From contig WYBR01000096.1 in NCBI GenBank assembly GCA_011525805.1, positions 8,969 through 72,968 of the forward strand: a stretch of 64,000 bases of DNA, in the 5' to 3' direction. The position numbers and the translations under genes are program-made. A model generated the notes under the pieces. The model had not been told where the DNA came from. It searched no databases and saw only the letters and a list, made by a program, of their open reading frames with translations. Of the stretch, positions 57,101 to 64,000 are shown piece by piece; within the stretch, counting starts at the first letter, position 1; each line of letters starts with the position of its first letter. This stretch comes from Vicinamibacteraceae bacterium (GTDB lineage: Bacteria > Planctomycetota > Phycisphaerae > Phycisphaerales > UBA5793).

Positions 57101-58411
57101 ATGCCGGGCCTGTCGCCAATCTGCCGTGCATGGAGGTACTCCGAGAGAGGCGCTGGCTGCCCGCCGGACCTCTCGACGCGGCTGGCGCCCCCCTATGACC
57201 TCGTGAGCGCCGACGTCAAGCGGCGCCTCCTCGCCGCCGACCCGACCTGCGCCGCCTCCATCGACGTGCCCCACCTGCCGGTCGATCGCGTCGGCCCGGA
57301 GTCCTCCTACGGGCGAGCGAGGGAGATTTTCGATCAATGGCGGACGGACGGAACGCTGCACGCGCTCGATCGACCGGTGCTCGGCGTGCTGCGGCAGACG
57401 TTCCGCGATGGTTCGAGCGTGCTTCGCCGCCACGCGCTGCTGGCCGACCTTCCGTTGGAGCCGCTGGGCGACTCGGGGCTTTTCGCCCACGAGGAAACGC
57501 GCTCGGGACCCCGCGGCGACCGCTTCGCCCTGCTGCGGGCGCTGCGCGTGCAGACCTCGCCGATCTTCGGCCTCTTCAGCGATTCGGATGGATCCGTGGA
57601 GGAGGCGCGCATGGCCGTCGAGTTTGCCTCCGAGCCGACGCTCGTCGGCCTCGCGATGGATCGGACGCTCTCGGAACTCTGGCTCGTGGAGGAGGAGTCG
57701 CTCATCTCGGGCCTGCTGGAGGCGTTCGGCCGGCGCGACGTCATCATCGCCGACGGGCATCATCGCTACGTCTCGCAACTGGAGTACGTTGAGTCGCTCG
57801 GGTCGGCCGCGCCGGCCGCGGCTCGCTCCTGCGTCTTCGCCCTCGTCGCGCAGGAAGACACGGGGATGTCCATCCGGGCCATGCACCACGTTCTGGGCGG
57901 GATTGAGGAGTATCGCATCGAGGCGGTCATGGAGGCGCTGAGCGACGAGTGCCGCTTCGAGGAAGCGCCCGGCGGCGCCGTCGACCTCGTCGACCAGGTC
58001 GCCCGCGCCTGGTTTGAGCGGTCCAATCCCGTCGGCCTGATCGACTTCGCGACCAGGCGGTGCTTCGTCATGACCTCGCGTGTCATTGATCCGCTGGTCG
58101 AGAAGTTTCCCGAGGCGCCCGAGGCGTGGCGGCGCTGCGGGCCGGTGGTGTGCGAGCACCTGCTCGTGCAGCGGACGCTGCGCGATCGGCTCAACGGGGG
58201 GCGCGAACCGCTCCGCCAGCCCGTCTTCGACGCGGCCGACCTGCAAGCAGGCCCGTCGATCCTCCCCGGCGCGCAACTCGGGCTGGTCATGCTTCCCGTT
58301 TCCCTCGCCGACGTGCTGACCATCGCGCCGAGCGGGCGGCTGCTCCCGGCGAACTCGACCTTCTTCTGGCCCAAAATGCCCACGGGGCTGATCTTCAAGT
58401 CACTGGAGTAA
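57101..58411 (+). CDS. DUF1015 family protein
   Basis: APPYD, HEET, SPIFGLF, IADGHHRY, STFFWPK..GL. Confidence 0.88.
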   Translation: MPGLSPICRAWRYSERGAGCPPDLSTRLAPPYDLVSADVKRRLLAADPTCAASIDVPHLPVDRVGPESSYGRAREIFDQWRTDGTLHALDRPVLGVLRQTFRDGSSVLRRHALLADLPLEPLGDSGLFAHEETRSGPRGDRFALLRALRVQTSPIFGLFSDSDGSVEEARMAVEFASEPTLVGLAMDRTLSELWLVEEESLISGLLEAFGRRDVIIADGHHRYVSQLEYVESLGSAAPAAARSCVFALVAQEDTGMSIRAMHHVLGGIEEYRIEAVMEALSDECRFEEAPGGAVDLVDQVARAWFERSNPVGLIDFATRRCFVMTSRVIDPLVEKFPEAPEAWRRCGPVVCEHLLVQRTLRDRLNGGREPLRQPVFDAADLQAGPSILPGAQLGLVMLPVSLADVLTIAPSGRLLPANSTFFWPKMPTGLIFKSLE

Positions 58412-58414
58412 CGC

Positions 58415-58855
58415 ATGAGCATCACGCTTGCCTCCGCCGCACACCTGCGCCGCCGGGCGCGCCTCGCCATCCTGCTGCTTCTCGCCGGCCTGTTGAGCGG
58501 GTGCGCCTGCACAACGTGCGACTTCGGCGGCGACCTTCCGCCCCGGCCGGCGCGGATCAACCACCTCGCCTTCTTCAAACTCAAGAACCCCGCAGACGCC
58601 GTCGAACTCATCGCCGACTGCGACGCCCACCTGGCGACGATTCCGGGCGTGCTGTCCTACTACGCGGGAACCCACCTCGACGTCGGCCGCGGCAACGTGG
58701 ACGGCGACTACGACGTCGGCTTCTTCGTCGGGTTTGAGACGGAAGAGGCCTACCGGCAGTACGTCAACCACCCCAGCCACGTGACGGTGGTCGAGAAGTG
58801 GAAGCCGCGCTGGGAGTGGATCCGCGTGCACGACGTGCTGGATGAGACGCCCTGA
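58415..58855 (+). CDS. Dabb (stress-responsive A/B barrel) lipoprotein
   Basis: Lipobox LSGC; INHLAFFKLK, IPGV, YVNHPSH. Confidence 0.85.
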   Translation: MSITLASAAHLRRRARLAILLLLAGLLSGCACTTCDFGGDLPPRPARINHLAFFKLKNPADAVELIADCDAHLATIPGVLSYYAGTHLDVGRGNVDGDYDVGFFVGFETEEAYRQYVNHPSHVTVVEKWKPRWEWIRVHDVLDETP

Positions 58856-58926
58856 GGGGGTTATCGTGCCGGTCGGATTTCCGAAGAAGGCCCTGGTCCG
58901 AGTCCTTCGATCGAACGGGAGCATCC

Positions 58927-59652
58927 ATGAGCCAGTATCACGCCGGCTACGACCCGGCTTATCCGTCCGGGGGCGAACCCGCCCGCACCAGCCTGCTGTG
59001 CGTATCCGCCCTGGTTTCCAGCGCGATCTTCTGCTGTCCGCTCGCCTCGCTGCTGGGCGTTCTGCTGGGGATCGGCGGCATGATCTCGGTGAGTTCATCC
59101 AACGGCCGGCGCAAGGGAAGCGGGCTGGCCTTCGCGGCGATCGCGCTGGGCATTCTCGCGATCATCGCTCAGTTCGCCGCGGTGCGGATCTTCTGGCCGC
59201 AGTTGCGGTCGTGGGTCGAGTCGGGAGTGCAACTCGCCACCGGCCCGTCCGAACTCCTCAGAGACCTCGAACTCGGCGACTACCAGTCGGCGCGCACTCA
59301 CCTGTACTCGGCCACTGAGCAGCAGATCACGGATGGGCAGTTGCGCTACTTCAAAGAGCAGGTGGTGGCCCGATACGGGTCGTTCCAGCAGTGGCAGCCC
59401 CCGGCCGGCCAGGGCTTCGAGTTCAGCGGCGCCGGCGAGTGGCCGCACGTCTACCGCGGAACCATCCTCTTCTCGAACGGAGCGCAGCAGGTGACGCTCG
59501 AACTGACGCTCAAGGTCTCGCAGACGATCGTGATCGAGGAGACCGGCATATCGCGACTCACGATTCACGACCCGGCGCGCGGAGACCTGACGCTCGATCC
59601 CTCGACGCCCGAAGCGGAAGACGCGCCCGGCGAGGGCGGGGGAGGCGGCTGA
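58927..59652 (+). CDS. DUF4190-type membrane protein
   Basis: RTSLLCVSALV...LLGVLLG...GRRKGSGLAFAAIALG. Confidence 0.75.
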   Translation: MSQYHAGYDPAYPSGGEPARTSLLCVSALVSSAIFCCPLASLLGVLLGIGGMISVSSSNGRRKGSGLAFAAIALGILAIIAQFAAVRIFWPQLRSWVESGVQLATGPSELLRDLELGDYQSARTHLYSATEQQITDGQLRYFKEQVVARYGSFQQWQPPAGQGFEFSGAGEWPHVYRGTILFSNGAQQVTLELTLKVSQTIVIEETGISRLTIHDPARGDLTLDPSTPEAEDAPGEGGGGG

Positions 59653-59766
59653 GAGACTGTTTCACAACGGTGGGACGGGCGTCCCCTCCGTCCAAGTCGA
59701 ACGGGCCAGAGGCCCGTTCCACCACTTCGACGTCAGTTGCGAAACAGATTCTGAGCGCCGGTTGCC

Positions 59767-60825
59767 TTACAGCCGCATTTCTTCGCCGCTCGAAGCGAGG
59801 CGGATCGTCTTGCTGTCGATGTTGTGAAACGCCTCGATGCGCCGGACCGTGCGGAAGCGTGAGCGCATCAGCACACTCTCGGTGATGCAGTGCTGCTGGT
59901 CGTAGCGGATTCCGCGGAGCATGGGCGAGTCGCTGATGCCGGTGGCGACGAAGATGATGTGATCGCCCTTGGCCATTTCGCTGACAGTCCAGATTCTCGC
60001 GAGGTCGGCTTCGGTGCAGCCGTGCTCGGTCAGGAGACTCTTGCGTTCGGCGTCGTCCCGGGGCCAGATGCGGCTGAGTTGCTCACCGCCGAGGCACTTG
60101 ATGGCGGCGGCGGCGATGACCGCCTCGGGGCTGCCGCCGATGCCGACGTAGAGATCGACGCCGGAGTTGGGCAGGCTCGGCGCGATCGCCGCCGCCACGT
60201 CGCCGTCCGAGATGAGCCGGATGCCGCAGCCCGCCTTGCGGATCGCGTCGATGATGTGCTGGTGCCGCGGCCGGTCAAGGAGGACCGCGACGAGGTCCTT
60301 GACGCGCTTCTTGAGTTTGAAGGCGATGATGTCGAGGTTCTCATCCATCGGCGCGTCCATGCGCACCTTCCCCGGACCCTCCGACACCTTCGGGCCGAAC
60401 GCGATCTTCTCCATGTAATGGGAAGGAATGACGGGGAAAAGTTCGGCGGGATCGTCATCGGGGTCTTCGCAGGCGGCGACGGCGAGCACGGAGACAGCGC
60501 CGGGCAAACCCTTGGCCGTCAGCGTGGTGCCGTCGATCGGATCGACGGCCACGGCGAGGGGGACGGCGTCCTCCGCCCAGGTGCCGAGCCGCTCATCGGT
60601 GAAGATGCCCGGTGCGTTGTCCTTGCGGCCTTCGCCGATGCGCACAAGGCCCTTGCAGGCGATGAGTTGGAACATGCCGCGCATCGCGTCGGAGGCGGCG
60701 GCGTCGGCCATGATCTTGTCGCCCTTGCCGAACCACTTCCACGCCGCGATCGCGGCGTTCTCCGTCGCGCGGACAAGATCGAGATCGATCAGTCGCTCCG
60801 GATCGGGCCGAGTCTTGCTCGCCAT
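59767..60825 (-). CDS. glpX: Fructose-1,6-bisphosphatase class II
   Basis: RATENAAIA, IGEG.KD.AP, VDPIDGT, DRPRH, SDGDV, FVATGISD. Confidence 0.95.
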   Translation of the reverse strand: MASKTRPDPERLIDLDLVRATENAAIAAWKWFGKGDKIMADAAASDAMRGMFQLIACKGLVRIGEGRKDNAPGIFTDERLGTWAEDAVPLAVAVDPIDGTTLTAKGLPGAVSVLAVAACEDPDDDPAELFPVIPSHYMEKIAFGPKVSEGPGKVRMDAPMDENLDIIAFKLKKRVKDLVAVLLDRPRHQHIIDAIRKAGCGIRLISDGDVAAAIAPSLPNSGVDLYVGIGGSPEAVIAAAAIKCLGGEQLSRIWPRDDAERKSLLTEHGCTEADLARIWTVSEMAKGDHIIFVATGISDSPMLRGIRYDQQHCITESVLMRSRFRTVRRIEAFHNIDSKTIRLASSGEEMRL

Positions 60826-60963
60826 GATGCTCCTCGCAGTGCGCTGCGCCGCCGGCCGCGGATCAAAGGCCGCGAAGCATCGCGAAGCGCGGCGCCGGTC
60901 GATCGGCGGCCGCCTCGCTCTCCCCCGGACTGCGGCGCGGTGAGCGGTCTTCAACAGGCCGCG

Positions 60964-61872
60964 TCATTGTACCGGCGCATCCCTCGCGCAGCGAAAGCCG
61001 GTGTGGCAGAGTCCTTCGTCCGGCGGCGCGTCGGCTCGGCCGGAGACTCGGTACCCGTGGCACACCGCGGGATCGCAGAGAAACGACCCGCCGCGCTGGA
61101 CCTTCTTGCTCTCCGCGGTCGGCTCGTAGGGCTTTCCCCGCTCGGAATAGGGGCGGAACCAGTCGTCGACCCACTCCCAGACGTTGCCGCCCATGTCGGT
61201 CAGCCCCAGCGGCGTGGCGCCGAACGCGCCGACGGGCGAGGCGCCGAGGTAGCCGTCGGCGGCCGTGTTGAATTTCGGGAATTGACCCTGCCAGGTGTTG
61301 GCCATGTAGCGGCCGTCGATGACGAGCGAATCGCCCCAGGCATATGTCGGCCCGCCGTTCTTCGCGTTGCGCGCCGCGTGCTCCCACTCCACCTCCGTCG
61401 GCAGGCGCTTGCCCGCCCACTCGCAGTACGCGACGGCGTCGATCCACGAGACCTGAGTCACGGGATGGTCATCGGGTGCGGCGGGCTGGTCGGGTCCGAA
61501 GGGATGATGCCACGTTGCGCCCTTGACGAGCGACCACTCGCCGGTCTCGAAGTCGAAGACGCCCGAGTCGCCGTAGGTCTCCGCGTGCGTGATGTGCCCG
61601 GTCGCTTGCACGAAGGCGCGATACTGTGCGACGGTCACGGGGTGAATGTCGAGGAAAAAGGGCTTGACGTCGGCGGTGAAAACCGGCTGCTCCTGCGGCA
61701 GGCCGTCGTTTGAGCCGATGCGCGTCTGGCCGCCGGGGATGTAGACCATGCCCGGCGGAGGCGCGGGAAGCGGCGCCGGCGAGGGCGCGGACTTCTTGCA
61801 CCCGGCGACCAACGCCGCGATCACGCACGCGGCCACGAGGCAATGTCGCAGAACAGGTGTCTCGCCTGCCAT
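60964..61872 (-). CDS. Formylglycine-generating enzyme family lipoprotein
   Basis: RLPTEVEWE, DMGGNVWEW, RGGSFLCDPAVCHGYR (both catalytic Cys present), GFRC. Confidence 0.9.
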   Translation of the reverse strand: MAGETPVLRHCLVAACVIAALVAGCKKSAPSPAPLPAPPPGMVYIPGGQTRIGSNDGLPQEQPVFTADVKPFFLDIHPVTVAQYRAFVQATGHITHAETYGDSGVFDFETGEWSLVKGATWHHPFGPDQPAAPDDHPVTQVSWIDAVAYCEWAGKRLPTEVEWEHAARNAKNGGPTYAWGDSLVIDGRYMANTWQGQFPKFNTAADGYLGASPVGAFGATPLGLTDMGGNVWEWVDDWFRPYSERGKPYEPTAESKKVQRGGSFLCDPAVCHGYRVSGRADAPPDEGLCHTGFRCARDAPVQ

Positions 61873-62069
61873 GAGTCAATCCTACCGGCTGCTCGACCGC
61901 CGTGCGCTTGGTTCCGGAGCCGTTCGCCATGCGCCGTCACCACACGCCGCATCCACCCGGGCAGCGCGGGGAGGGCGAGTTTGCGTATCATCACGGCAGG
62001 GCAGCAGAGGGGAGCCGGAGTCTCCGGCGATCGGCTCCGATCGCGCCCGGAACGTGGGGAGGTGTCAAA

Positions 62070-63674
62070 GTGGTGAGATGTCATTTCGGCGCTGCGACGC
62101 GTCATTGGCGGGTTCGTGCGCTTCCGGGCTGGGTCGCGCTCATGGCCGGCTTGATGTGTGGCGACTCAACTTCATGAGGTCAGTGCTTTCAATGGACGCA
62201 GGTCAGCCAAGTTGGACCTGGGTTGCGAGACCACAGCGCCATGGTCTTTGATACCCAACGGGGTGTCGCTGTGCTGTTTGGGGGAATGAACGAGCGTTCG
62301 GAGTTGCTCGGCGACACCTGGACGTGGGACGGGAGCGAATGGCTCCAGGTGGCGGAGGCAGGTCCAACGCCTCGGGTCGGTCAAAGAATGCCCCGGGCCA
62401 GTCACGCAATGGCCTATGACAGCGCTCGCGGCGTCGTCGTGCTCTTTGGCGGTGGGGGTCAGTCGGGATTCCTGGGCGACACGTGGGAGTGGGATGGAAC
62501 CCGGTGGGAACTCAAGGCCGTCCAAGGACCGCCTCCGCGGCCCAATCACGCGATGGCGTACGATGCGGCACGCGGTGTCACCGTGCTGTTCGGCGGTTTC
62601 GACTCGACGTTCGGCCACCATTGGGACGACACCTGGACCTGGGACGGCTCGAGTTGGACACAGGTGCAGACATCCGGGCCGGAGGGGCGAGAAGAGCATG
62701 CCATGGCGTACGACCCTGTTCGTCAGGTCGTTGTGCTCTTCGGAGGAGATGCACCCTTCAATCGACTGGGTGATACCTGGGAGTGGAACGGATCGGAATG
62801 GACGCGCGTCGCCACGAGCGGTCCGAGCGCACGGTACCTGCACACCATGACCTGGCACGAGTCCCGGGGGACGGTCTTGCTCTTCGGCGGCATCGATGGT
62901 TCGCGCCAAGGCGATACCTGGGAGTGGAACGGTTCAACTTGGCGGCTACTCTCCACCTCCGGCCCTCCGCCCCGATCACAGCACGCCATGACCTATGACG
63001 CCACGCGCGATGCCGCCATCATTTTCGGCGGCCGCGATCGGTTCAACGTACGTCTCGGCGATACCTGGGAGACCACCGGCGCCACGCTTGACATCGTCGA
63101 GCATCCCCGCGACCAGACGGCGCGCGGCGGGGCGCCCGCCTCCTTCACCGTCGTCGCCGAGGGACGCGGCGAACTCACCTACCAGTGGCGCCGCAACGGG
63201 CAGTCGCTCGTGGACGGAGGGACCATCATCGGCTCGCAGACCGACACACTCACCATCACGCGCGTCTTTCGCAGCGACGCAGCCGAGTACGATGTCAAAG
63301 TCACCGGCGACTGCGGCACGGTGACCAGTGAGCGCGCGACGCTGAGCGTCGTCGATCCTTCGCTCACCGTGAACGCCACGTGCCCCGATGGCGGTCCGAT
63401 CTCCGTGGCCTGGCAGTACGCGACGCCCTCGGGGGCCGTGGCCCTGCTCTATGCCGCCAACACCGGACGGTTCCGCATTCCCAATTCATTTGAGTGCGCG
63501 GGCACGCAACTCGGTCTCGGCGCGCAGTCGCTGCGCGTGGCATGGCGGGGTGAATCGGGGTCGGAGGGCTCCCGAACCATCTTCGCGAGTGCGGGGCCCG
63601 AGGTGTGCGGCGGATACATGCAGTTGATCGACCTCTCCTCCTGTGCCCCGAGCAATGTCGCGCGCGTTGAGTAG
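62070..63674 (+). pseudogene. Kelch-like + Ig + C-terminal domain secreted protein interrupted by an in-frame TGA at 62175-62177
   Basis: GGAGGTG SD, GTG at 62070, signal peptide ...MAGLMCGDSTS*GQCFQWTQV in frame with track ORF 62223..63674; paralogue of 47905..49467. Pseudogene status is uncertain. Confidence 0.65.
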
Positions 63675-63713
63675 CCCGAACGCTGCGACGCTCGGCACAT
63701 TGGTGCGACGCGC

Positions 63714-64000
63714 CTACTCACTGGCTGGCGGAGAAGTCGGTCCAACGGGCACCGGCCGGCGCCGCACGCACCACAGCACAATGCCGCCGGCGAGGACCAT
63801 CGCCACGCTGAGCCACTGGCCGCGGCTCAGGCCCATCACGCGCTCGATGCCTTCGTCGGGCAGGCGCCAGATTTCAGTCGTGATGCGCAGCACGCCGTAG
63901 GTGATGAGGAACCACGCGCCGACGACGCCGTGCCGCGCCGGGCGCAACACGAAGAAGATGAAGGCGAGGACCGAGCCGAGCACGATCCCCTCCGCGAAGG
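63714..64000 (-). CDS. lgt: Prolipoprotein diacylglyceryl transferase, 3' part
   Basis: EG...FLITYGVLRITTEIWRLPD...GLSRGQWLS. Confidence 0.85.
   Translation of the reverse strand, partial: FAEGIVLGSVLAFIFFVLRPARHGVVGAWFLITYGVLRITTEIWRLPDEGIERVMGLSRGQWLSVAMVLAGGIVLWCVRRRPVPVGPTSPPASE

Overview
GC-rich chromosomal segment, most likely from a planctomycete of class Phycisphaerae. This is inferred from the IPAP-type PEP-CTERM protein, the missing L30, the expanded CxxCGY...CPECG membrane proteins and the tpiA-secG-yicC context. The window holds the fused S10-spc ribosomal protein operon (rpsJ to secY), housekeeping genes (rne, dxr, rseP, ptsI, rnhA, hslUV, tpiA, secG, yicC, glpX, partial lgt), a ketosynthase pair and several secreted beta-propeller or beta-helix proteins. 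No rRNA, tRNA, CRISPR array, integrase or transposase was seen. The most notable observations are: (1) uL22 carries an N-terminal XRE-like helix-turn-helix domain; (2) three exported proteins of two architectures end in a shared ~100-aa Cys-containing domain that may be an undescribed sorting or anchoring signal; (3) an array of six alternating hairpins after secY has a conserved loop and tail but entirely different, compensated stems; (4) a 2-kb integrase-less defence islet is bounded by a perfect 33-bp direct repeat and carries iteron-like repeats; (5) SecG is fused to an FN3 domain. All calls are by eye from motifs and gene context; no database search was run.
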